This document shows, piece after piece, positions 1-7,720 of a stretch of 64,000 bases of DNA (position 1 is the first letter of the stretch; each line of letters begins with the position of its first letter). A program made the position numbers and the translations under genes. The notes beneath the pieces were generated by a model. It did not search any database. It had not been told where the DNA came from and was given only the letters and a program-made list of their open reading frames with translations. Source of the stretch: Coraliomargaritaceae bacterium (GTDB lineage: Bacteria; Verrucomicrobiota; Verrucomicrobiia; Opitutales; Coraliomargaritaceae); the NCBI GenBank assembly GCA_965656495.1, contig CBFHKU010000005.1, positions 102,853-166,852 on the forward strand, given 5' to 3'.

Positions 1-2
1 CC

Positions 3-1301
3 TCCACCGGTGACTCCCTCGACGGGGAACTCTCCCGCGCCAACGCCGTCCTCTTTCGCACGCCCTACCAGAGCAACCCCCATCTGCGTAAGGCGATCAA
101 TTCCGGGGAGGCGAATTTCTTCGATATGCACCTCTCGATGTTGCCGCAGGCCGCCCGTTACGGACACCTCGGGCATTTCAACTTCGCAGTGGTGGAAGCG
201 GCCTCGGTCTCGGAGGACGGCGAGATCATCCTCACCACCAGCGTGGGCGCGAGCAATACCTTCTGCGAACTCGCCGATAAAATCCTCATCGAGCTGAACG
301 AATTCCACCCGCCGGAACTCGCGGGGCTCCACGATATTTACAGCCCGCAGGATCCGCCCCGCCGCCGCGAAATCCCCATCTTCCGCGTGCGCGACCGCAT
401 CGGTTCCCCCGCCGTGAAAGTCGATCCCGCCAAGATCGTCGGTATCGTTAAAACCAAGCTCCCCGACGAAGTGGGCGGTTTCAAACCCGCCGACCCGACC
501 ACCCGTACCATCGGTGAAAAGGTCGCGCAATTCCTCGCGGAGGAAATCGAGTCCGGGCGGATGCCGAAATCCTTCCTGCCGGTGCAATCGGGGGTCGGCA
601 ACATCGCCAACGCGGTCCTCGGTGCGATGGGCGCCAATCTCAGTATCCCCCCCTTTGAAATGTATTCCGAGGTCGTGCAGGACAGCGTCGTCGAGTTGAT
701 GCGGAAGGGCGCGATCACCTACGCCTCCGCCGCATCGATCACGGTTTCCCCCGAAACCCTCAAGGGCATGTATGACGATCTGGATTTCTTCAAGGAACGC
801 CTGGTCCTCCGCCCGCAGGAGCTCTCCAATCACCCCGAAGTCGTGCGTCGTCTCGGTATCATCACCATCAACACCGCGATCGAGGTCGATATCTTTGGCA
901 ACGTGAACTCCACCCACGTCATGGGCAAAAACCTCATGAACGGCATCGGCGGTTCCGGTGATTTCACCCGCAACGCCTATTGCTCGATCTTCACCTGTCC
1001 CTCTACCGCGAAGGACGGCGCCGTCAGCACCATCGTGCCGGCCGTCGCGCACCTCGACCACAGCGAGCATTCCGTCAACGTCATCATTACCGAGCAAGGC
1101 ATCGCCGACCTCCGGGGCAAGGACCCCGTCCAGCGCGCTCACGAGATCATCCTCAACTGCGCCCACCCGGACTACCGCGAACCGCTCCTTCATTATATGG
1201 GCGACACCAAAAACGGGCACACCCCGCAGACCCTCTCCAAAGCCTTCGCGATGCATCAGGCCTTCCTCGAACACAAGGACATGCGCCGCGCCGAGCTCTA
1301 A
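3..1301 (+). CDS. Succinate/acetyl-CoA:CoA transferase (acetyl-CoA hydrolase/transferase family, ScpC/AarC-like); 5' end lies outside the window
   Basis: Frame open from base 3 (STGDSLDGELSRA...); motifs QSGVGNIANAV, YSEVVQD, GNVNSTHV, MNGIGGSGDFTRNA; adjacent to meaB. Confidence 0.9.
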   Translation, partial: STGDSLDGELSRANAVLFRTPYQSNPHLRKAINSGEANFFDMHLSMLPQAARYGHLGHFNFAVVEAASVSEDGEIILTTSVGASNTFCELADKILIELNEFHPPELAGLHDIYSPQDPPRRREIPIFRVRDRIGSPAVKVDPAKIVGIVKTKLPDEVGGFKPADPTTRTIGEKVAQFLAEEIESGRMPKSFLPVQSGVGNIANAVLGAMGANLSIPPFEMYSEVVQDSVVELMRKGAITYASAASITVSPETLKGMYDDLDFFKERLVLRPQELSNHPEVVRRLGIITINTAIEVDIFGNVNSTHVMGKNLMNGIGGSGDFTRNAYCSIFTCPSTAKDGAVSTIVPAVAHLDHSEHSVNVIITEQGIADLRGKDPVQRAHEIILNCAHPDYREPLLHYMGDTKNGHTPQTLSKAFAMHQAFLEHKDMRRAEL

Positions 1302-1315
1302 ACCACGCCCCTCCC

Positions 1316-2287
1316 ATGCCAACGCCACGCGAGCTTGACGTCCAAGCCCTCATCGAGGGGGTCCGCGCCAATGACCGCGCCCGCCTTGCGCAGGCCATTA
1401 CCCTCGTCGAGAGCCGCGCCCCCCGTCACGCCCAGGCCGCGCACGCCCTCATGCAGGCGCTCCTCCCGCACAGCGGCGGCGCCCTCCGCCTCGGCCTCAC
1501 CGGCGTCCCCGGCGCCGGCAAGAGCACCTTTATCGAAGCCCTCGGGATACATCTCTGCAGCCTCGGCAAAAAAGTCGCGGTCCTCGCGGTCGATCCCAGC
1601 AGTTCCGTGCACGGCGGCAGCATCCTCGGCGATAAAACCCGCATGGAAACCCTCTGCCGTGAACCCAATGCCTTCATCCGACCCTCACCCTCCGGCGACA
1701 GCCCCGGCGGGGTCGCCGCCCGCACCCGCGAAGCCCTCCTCATTTGCGAAGCCGCCGGATACGATGTCATCCTCGTTGAAACCGTCGGAGTCGGGCAGGG
1801 CGAAACCGCGGTTCGCACCATGACCGATTGCTTCCTCCTCCTTCAAATCACCGGCGCCGGAGACGCCCTTCAGGGAATCAAAAAAGGCATCGTCGAACTC
1901 GCCGACCTTATCGTCATCAACAAAGCCGACGGCGACAACACCACTCCCGCCGAACTCGCCCGCGCCGAATACGAACGCCTCCTCCAAATCCTCCAACCCT
2001 TCACCCCCGGCTGGAAACCCCGCGCCGCCACCTGTTCCGCCCTCCATAAAAACGGCATCGACACCATCTGGGAACTCGTCGAGACCTTCCGCGCCGAGAC
2101 CCAACAAAGCGGCGTCTTCAAGGAACGCCGTCAGGCACAGAACCTCGACTGGTTCAACACCCGCCTCCAACAAGCCGTCATGGAAGACTTCAAACAAAAA
2201 CACGCCCAACGCCTCACCGAAACCCAAACCGCCGTCGCCCAAGGCACACTCCCCGTCGCCGTCGCACTGCAACAAATGCTGGGGTAG
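1316..2287 (+). CDS. meaB: Methylmalonyl-CoA mutase-associated GTPase MeaB/ArgK
   Basis: P-loop GVPGAGKST, AVDPSSSVHGGSILGDKTRM, ETVGVGQ, QGIKKG, NKAD; likely start is ATG 1316 within ORF 980-2287. Confidence 0.93.
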   Translation: MPTPRELDVQALIEGVRANDRARLAQAITLVESRAPRHAQAAHALMQALLPHSGGALRLGLTGVPGAGKSTFIEALGIHLCSLGKKVAVLAVDPSSSVHGGSILGDKTRMETLCREPNAFIRPSPSGDSPGGVAARTREALLICEAAGYDVILVETVGVGQGETAVRTMTDCFLLLQITGAGDALQGIKKGIVELADLIVINKADGDNTTPAELARAEYERLLQILQPFTPGWKPRAATCSALHKNGIDTIWELVETFRAETQQSGVFKERRQAQNLDWFNTRLQQAVMEDFKQKHAQRLTETQTAVAQGTLPVAVALQQMLG

Positions 2288-2288
2288 G
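1995..2288 (+). repeat. Direct repeat copy 1 (meaB 3' end, 294 bp)
   Basis: Matches 4509-4802 at offset 2514; the only difference seen is ggcACact vs ggcGAact. Confidence 0.95.
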
Positions 2289-2387
2289 GGGCAAAATTTT
2301 GTTCAATGGCGGCTACCGCGTTGTGATTTTGAGGGTTCGTTTCCTTCTGTGAAGGTCGAGGATGAGGGACGGCGAATGCCGTTACCA

Positions 2388-3341
2388 TTATCGACTTTTT
2401 GGGCTCAGCTTTTGTTTCTTTTGCCTGAGGTACATGGCCCGCTCCTCCAGAACTCTATCGATTCCTGCCATCCATTCTAAATTTCGCCCAATTACTAGCT
2501 CTGTCATCGCTGCGTGATGTGTGTTTTTCATCGCAATAGGCTTGGCTTGCAAACAATGTATTCTAGCTAGTTCTTTAACTTCTGGAGCGTTATCATACGT
2601 CATGATGAAGTCCCCTGACAATTCAGAACACACTGAAAAGAGTCTTTCGTGATCTAGCCTTGAATGAGTGTATAGACGACTGCCTGCCTTCTTGCCTCCC
2701 GCGGTGTAGGGGGGGTCGATAAAGAAAACTGCATCTTTATCCTTCTTTTTCTCTTCTAGAACTTCAAAAGCATCCCGACACTCAAACGACAAACGTGTCC
2801 GAATCAGATCAATATTCCGCATTCTTTTTGCTAGAGTGGATGGATACCATCTAGACAATATTCCCTTTCCTGCCTCTCCATTTTTAAGAAATCCAGAACC
2901 AGCAGCTAGAATTCCTCCATGAAATGTTCGATTCTTAATAATGGTCTGAAAGGCAATTTCTCGAGATGATCGTCTGCTTGAAGCGAGAGCATCAATCGCA
3001 TTCTCTTTCGTCATCTCGAAATTTAATATCCTCGATGCAAGCCACCCAGCATCTCCTCCAACTAGGGTCTCCCATACTGCAGCAATCTCTCTGTCTAGTT
3101 CTATCAGATGGGCTTCATCGACTAGGTTCTCGGAAACTGATGTTAGGGAAACAATACCTCCTCCTGCAAATGGCTCTACCAAGCGCTTTGGTTTTTGTGG
3201 CTGGCTCAAAAGCCATTCCCTTAAGCGAGGGATAAACCAAGTCTTTCCTCCAGGGTAACGAAATGGGCTCAATTGAGGAACAGAGGCCACATTCACTGCC
3301 TTTGGGAGTTCAATATCTTCACTGAATAAGAGCTTCTGCAT
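2388..3341 (-). CDS. Dam/D12-class (alpha) amino DNA methyltransferase of a Type II R-M system
   Basis: SPFRYPGGKT, EPFAGGG (SAM binding), FFIDPPY (catalytic), MTYDN; low GC. Confidence 0.9.
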   Translation of the reverse strand: MQKLLFSEDIELPKAVNVASVPQLSPFRYPGGKTWFIPRLREWLLSQPQKPKRLVEPFAGGGIVSLTSVSENLVDEAHLIELDREIAAVWETLVGGDAGWLASRILNFEMTKENAIDALASSRRSSREIAFQTIIKNRTFHGGILAAGSGFLKNGEAGKGILSRWYPSTLAKRMRNIDLIRTRLSFECRDAFEVLEEKKKDKDAVFFIDPPYTAGGKKAGSRLYTHSRLDHERLFSVCSELSGDFIMTYDNAPEVKELARIHCLQAKPIAMKNTHHAAMTELVIGRNLEWMAGIDRVLEERAMYLRQKKQKLSPKSR

Positions 3342-3344
3342 ATC

Positions 3345-4223
3345 TTAGTTACCAAAGGGAGATTCGATCGACTTATTCTCTGGAGGATTCTCCAACTTCT
3401 CATCAACCTTCGATTGGAGGATCTTCAAAAACTTCTCTATTTTCCCAACTTTGGGACGTGTAATTCTATTCAGAGCATCTGAAAACTTGGTATATACGGT
3501 CTCAACTCTCTGTAGCTCAAATGACCGACCTTCACGATCTACCAAGTCATAAATTAACCATGACATGTCTGCATCTTCTTTGGGTACTTGCTCCAAATCC
3601 GGAAGTGTCTCGAAAAATGCAAGGTCTAGCGCTACCGCCATCTTTTTCTTCCATGCATTCAAGATCCCACCCTTGAATATCAACTGAGGCGCAAGGCGCT
3701 TACGAGATGATGAGAGAAAATCTGGCCTTGGGTAATTCGGCTGCTCAGTCCAGTCCATATCTGCGTTTTTGCGACAGTCTGCCATGTAGTGTGCGAATGG
3801 GTCTCGAACATTTCCAGAAATATAGACTGCTTGAATCTCAAGCGATCCAAAGTCGTAGACTTGTCCCTTCTCATCATAAGCGACTAGAACAACATCAATA
3901 TTTCCTGCGGACTTGCCGTAGTAGTCTGTAAGCCTTACTTCGGTTAGCGATGTCCATGTCGCATTTTCTCCGAAAAAGAAATCCGCAGCATCATCTGCGA
4001 TAAGCCAATTTTCTCGGAATCTTACTGGACATGTGATCACGGGTCTATTCCCATGCATAACGCTGCAAACGCCTAGAGGATTCTTAGCTTTATCTTTTGT
4101 GCAGCTTGGAACCTTATTATTGAAGGGGCATAACCGGTTTTTTCGAAAACGCTGTGCTCTCGCTGACATTTCCGTGGGGATATGCCCAAATACTTCTGCC
4201 AAGGGATGCTGAGTTTCTTTCAT
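3345..4223 (-). CDS. NotI-family restriction endonuclease
   Basis: N-terminal four-Cys pattern (CPF...CTK...GVCS...ITCPVRF) and nuclease core TEVRL...GNIDVVL...EIQAVYISG, YPRPDFLSSSRKRLAPQLIFKG; directly upstream of the MTase. Confidence 0.82.
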   Translation of the reverse strand: MKETQHPLAEVFGHIPTEMSARAQRFRKNRLCPFNNKVPSCTKDKAKNPLGVCSVMHGNRPVITCPVRFRENWLIADDAADFFFGENATWTSLTEVRLTDYYGKSAGNIDVVLVAYDEKGQVYDFGSLEIQAVYISGNVRDPFAHYMADCRKNADMDWTEQPNYPRPDFLSSSRKRLAPQLIFKGGILNAWKKKMAVALDLAFFETLPDLEQVPKEDADMSWLIYDLVDREGRSFELQRVETVYTKFSDALNRITRPKVGKIEKFLKILQSKVDEKLENPPENKSIESPFGN

Positions 4224-4273
4224 TCCTACTTTATTGTGCGAGCGATTTTACGGGCTTGCGACACTTAAATTTT

Positions 4274-4339
4274 GCCCAACTTGTTAATGTGACATATAGA
4301 GGGGTAGCCTCGGAATTAATCACATCCAACTGGTAGTGA
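4274..4339 (-). other. Degenerate integron attC-like site
   Basis: Minus strand reads TCACTAC-CAGTTG-GATGTGA...GAGG-CTACC-CCTC...TCACAT-TAACAA-GTTGGGC: a GTTRRRY core at the 3' end with complementary ATGTGA/TCACAT boxes, starting just after the stop of the upstream gene remnant; the inverse core is degenerate. Confidence 0.55.
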
Positions 4340-4342
4340 TAT

Positions 4343-4510
4343 TCATTTTGTGCAGAAGGTCTCTAGTGTGGACCAAAGAAAAAGAATGCCATAAAGTGCT
4401 GCTAAAATCCAAGGAACATTTATCTCGGTATGGGTGAAAGGTAGATATTTCTCCGGATTCTTTCCTTCTCCAAGCCCTTTCCATTCATCTTTGAATAACT
4501 GGAGAGGTAA
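4343..4510 (-). pseudogene. C-terminal remnant of a small integral membrane protein (resembles RipA/8xMP-type proteins), cut at its 5' end by the meaB duplication
   Basis: LPLQLFKDEWKGLGEGKNPEKYLPFTHTEINVPWILAALYGILFLWSTL with a terminal TM helix; low GC; no start codon before the junction. Confidence 0.55.
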
Positions 4511-4802
4511 CCCTTCACCCCCGGCTGGAAACCCCGCGCCGCCACCTGTTCCGCCCTCCATAAAAACGGCATCGACACCATCTGGGAACTCGTCGAGACC
4601 TTCCGCGCCGAGACCCAACAAAGCGGCGTCTTCAAGGAACGCCGTCAGGCACAGAACCTCGACTGGTTCAACACCCGCCTCCAACAAGCCGTCATGGAAG
4701 ACTTCAAACAAAAACACGCCCAACGCCTCACCGAAACCCAAACCGCCGTCGCCCAAGGCGAACTCCCCGTCGCCGTCGCACTGCAACAAATGCTGGGGTA
4801 GG
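4509..4802 (+). pseudogene. meaB: Direct repeat copy 2: orphan meaB 3' end
   Basis: Near-identical to 1995-2288; in the meaB frame it is preceded by TAA (4508-4510), so it has no N-terminus. Confidence 0.9.
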
Positions 4803-4806
4803 TTTT

Positions 4807-4893
4807 TTATTTCTTCTCTTCGAGATTAATAAACTCAAAGCGACCAACTTTTAGTAGATTTTCGCGGGCCTCATCAGCAAGTTTACTTGTCTC
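4807..4893 (-). pseudogene. Short C-terminal remnant of an unknown low-GC gene
   Basis: Reads ETSKLADEARENLLKVGRFEFINLEEKK-stop and runs upstream directly into a repeat module at 4894. Confidence 0.4.
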
Positions 4894-5032
4894 AGGAGTA
4901 TCGCTTCTACGCTTCCAAGGTTCAACTAACAACTTTCAAGCCCACAATCACTCCGTGCCCTTGGTGCCTCGGTGGTGAATGAACTGCAGGAACCACGAAT
5001 GAGGGAGAGTAAGATTAAGATTAAGAGTGAGG
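4894..5032. repeat. Fragment of the mosaic repeat family (half REP, CCAAGGTTCAACTAACAAC, CTCCGTGCCCTTGGTGCCTCGGTGGTGAA, AACCACGAAT, TAAGAT hexamers)
   Basis: Colinear and similar to 47951-48058. Confidence 0.85.
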
Positions 5033-5611
5033 TTAATCTTTTGTGACGAGGGAGCGGACGCGGAAGAAGCGTTTGGCGCGACCTTTGCCGTAGGCGCCGG
5101 AGTCGGCGGGGGTCCAAGTGATGAGGTCTTCGCTGGATTCGAGGATGATTTCGACGGGGCCGGAGGAATCGGCGGGGATCACGACGGTATTTTTCGGGAT
5201 GACCTCGCTTTGACTTATCTCGGTGATTTTGAGAACGGTGAAGGCTTTGGATTCGCTGCCGGTATTTGCCCAGAGATGAATATCGAGCGGACCGGCAAAG
5301 GTGGGAAGGGCGGCAAGGGGAATATCATCGGCTTCGAGGGTAATAGAGAAGGGGTATGCTTCGGTGAGACCGTCCATTTGGATGTAGGCGCTTTTATGGG
5401 GCGGGGTGCCCTTGCCATCCTTCATTTCGAGTACGATCATTTCAGCGAGATAGCCTTCGGGGATGTGGATCTCGGAGAGTCCTTGGCTTTCATAGCCCGA
5501 AGCGAGGGTGAGGTAGGGCGGCAAGGTCTCGTCATCTTCCGTGCCAGTGGCAATTCCAAGCATGCCAAAGAGCATGCCCAAGAGGAGTATCGCGCTGCCT
5601 GTCCTTTTCAT
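5033..5611 (-). CDS. Hypothetical exported protein
   Basis: Signal-peptide-like N-terminus; C-terminal LESSEDLITW...RFFRVR module of the type common in verrucomicrobial secreted proteins. Confidence 0.7.
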   Translation of the reverse strand: MKRTGSAILLLGMLFGMLGIATGTEDDETLPPYLTLASGYESQGLSEIHIPEGYLAEMIVLEMKDGKGTPPHKSAYIQMDGLTEAYPFSITLEADDIPLAALPTFAGPLDIHLWANTGSESKAFTVLKITEISQSEVIPKNTVVIPADSSGPVEIILESSEDLITWTPADSGAYGKGRAKRFFRVRSLVTKD

Positions 5612-5801
5612 TATACGGTTTTGTTACTTAGGAATTAAGTAACTTATGCGTATAAGGTAAAAAACAGATAAAAAAATACAAGAACTTAAAATGTAAAATT
5701 ACGTAACAAGCGTAATTTCTATAAACGGAAGCGCTCAAGCCGCGCTGAGGCTGCTTAGCTCGGAACTTATCGGCGGCAAAGAACTGCAGGTTGCCGAAAT
5801 G

Positions 5802-7649
5802 CTACTCGACGGTGACGGACTTGGCGAGGTTGCGGGGTTTATCGACGTCACAACCGCGCTGGAGGGCAATGTGGTAGCTGAGGAGTTGGACGGGGATGCT
5901 CATGAGGATGGGCTGGATGATTTCATGGCATTCGGGAACGCGGATGATTTCGTCCATGAGGTCCTCGGGGAGTTCGCAGTCCTGGGAGGCGACGCAGATG
6001 ACTTTTCCTTTGCGGGCTTTGACTTCCTGGATGTTGGCGAGGCTCTTTTTGAAGATTTCGCCGGAGGTGGTGAGGAAGACGCTGGGGCAGTCCTCGCTGA
6101 TGAGGGCGATGGGGCCGTGTTTCATTTCGGCGGCGGGATAGCCTTCGGCGTGGATGTAGGAAATTTCCTTGAGTTTGAGGGCGCCTTCGAGGGCGATGGG
6201 GAACATGAGCTGGCGACCGAGGAAGAGGCAATCTTCGTAATGGGCGTATTTTTTGGCAATCGCCTCGATGTGCTCGTTTTGTTTGAGGACTTCGCGCACC
6301 TGATCGGGGAGGGCTTTGAGGGCTTTGACGATTTTGGTGCCGTCGGTGAAGCTGAGGTCGCGGAGGCGGCCGAGGTAGAGGGCGACCATCGCGCAGAGCA
6401 TGATCTGTGAAGTGAAGGCCTTGGTGGAGGCGACTCCGATCTCGGGTCCGGCGTGTTGGTAGATGCCGCCGTCGGTTTCGCGTGCGATGGTGGAGCCGAC
6501 GCTGTTGTTGATGGCGAGGGTGCGGTAACCTTTGCGCTTGGCTTCGCGCAGGGCGGCGAGGGTGTCGATTGTTTCGCCGGATTGGCTGATGGCGAAGACG
6601 AGGGTATTTTTATCGAGGGGGGCGTTGCGGTAACGGAATTCGGAGGCGTATTCGACTTCGACGGGGATGCGGGCGAAGCGTTCGATGAGGTATTCGGCGA
6701 CGAGGCAGGCGTGCCAGGCAGTGCCGCAGGCGAGGAAGAGGATGCGATCGACGCCGAGGAGTTCCTGGGGGTTGAGGTTCAGGCCGCCGAATAGGGCGGT
6801 GCTGCCGTCGTCGGAGAAGCGGCCACGCATACCGTTTTCAAGGGCGGCGGGCTGCTCAAAGATTTCTTTTTCCATGAAGCTGGAAAAGTCGCCGAGTTCG
6901 GCGGCGGTGGTGTCCCAGTCGACTTGTTGAATGACGGCTTCGACGTTGGCACTGGTGGCGGTGGTGATGCTGAAGTCGTCGGGGCGGAGGTGAACCACTT
7001 CGTTGTCGTTGAGGTAAACAACGTTGGTGGTGCAGTGGGTGAGGGCGCTGACGTCGGAGGCGAGGAGGTTTTCGCCTTTGCCGAGTCCCACGATTAGGGG
7101 GGAGCCACGGCGCGCGCCGATGAGTTCGCCGGGGCAATCCTTGCAGATGACTGCGATACCAAAGGTGCCTTCTACGTGGCTGAGGCTTTTACGGACGGAT
7201 TCGAGGAAGCGGTTTTTGCCTTTGGTCTCGGGTTCCTTGGCGTAGTGATAGGCGATGAGGTTGGCGAGGGCTTCGGTATCGGTCTCGGATTGGAAGGTGT
7301 AGCCCTTCTCGAGAAGGAATTTTTTCATACCGAGGTAATTTTCGATGACCCCGTTGTGGACGATGGCAATGGTGTCGTCGCTGCTGGTATGGGGGTGGGC
7401 GTTTGCCTGAGTAACATCGCCGTGGGTGGCCCAGCGGGTATGGCTGATGCCGAGTTCCCCGCCGAGGTCTTCGCCGACGGCGGTCTCGAGTTCAACGACG
7501 CGCCCGGTGCGCCGGATGGAGTGGAGGGAACCCTCGCGCAGGGTCGCCAAGCCAGAGGAGTCATAGCCCCGGTATTCAAGACGCTTCAATCCATCGAGCA
7601 TCACGCTTGCGGCGCGATCTTTACCAATATAGCCAACTATTCCGCACAT
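5802..7649 (-). CDS. glmS: Glutamine-fructose-6-phosphate transaminase
   Basis: MCGIVG, LEYRGYDSSG, HTRWATHG, SQSGETIDT, EMKHGPIAL, C-terminal KPRNLAKSVTVE. Confidence 0.98.
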   Translation of the reverse strand: MCGIVGYIGKDRAASVMLDGLKRLEYRGYDSSGLATLREGSLHSIRRTGRVVELETAVGEDLGGELGISHTRWATHGDVTQANAHPHTSSDDTIAIVHNGVIENYLGMKKFLLEKGYTFQSETDTEALANLIAYHYAKEPETKGKNRFLESVRKSLSHVEGTFGIAVICKDCPGELIGARRGSPLIVGLGKGENLLASDVSALTHCTTNVVYLNDNEVVHLRPDDFSITTATSANVEAVIQQVDWDTTAAELGDFSSFMEKEIFEQPAALENGMRGRFSDDGSTALFGGLNLNPQELLGVDRILFLACGTAWHACLVAEYLIERFARIPVEVEYASEFRYRNAPLDKNTLVFAISQSGETIDTLAALREAKRKGYRTLAINNSVGSTIARETDGGIYQHAGPEIGVASTKAFTSQIMLCAMVALYLGRLRDLSFTDGTKIVKALKALPDQVREVLKQNEHIEAIAKKYAHYEDCLFLGRQLMFPIALEGALKLKEISYIHAEGYPAAEMKHGPIALISEDCPSVFLTTSGEIFKKSLANIQEVKARKGKVICVASQDCELPEDLMDEIIRVPECHEIIQPILMSIPVQLLSYHIALQRGCDVDKPRNLAKSVTVE

Positions 7650-7720
7650 AAGGTTTTACAGAGTACACAGAACGCTTATAAATCAAGGCTATTCAACGAT
7701 CCTAAAACTTAAGTAAATCT

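Noticed and set aside
980..1315. N-terminal extension of MeaB in the ORF track
   Set aside because: It overlaps the CoA-transferase in another frame; homology begins near ATG 1316
2289..2387. Second attC downstream of the methyltransferase
   Set aside because: No proper RYYYAAC/GTTRRRY pair or complementary inner boxes
4343..4789. 148-aa ORF as a real fusion gene
   Set aside because: Its N-terminal part is the antisense shadow of the meaB copy; only the last 55 codons look like real coding sequence
7650..7720. glmS ribozyme
   Set aside because: Only about 70 nt lie between the divergent glmS and glgC starts, and no ribozyme core is visible
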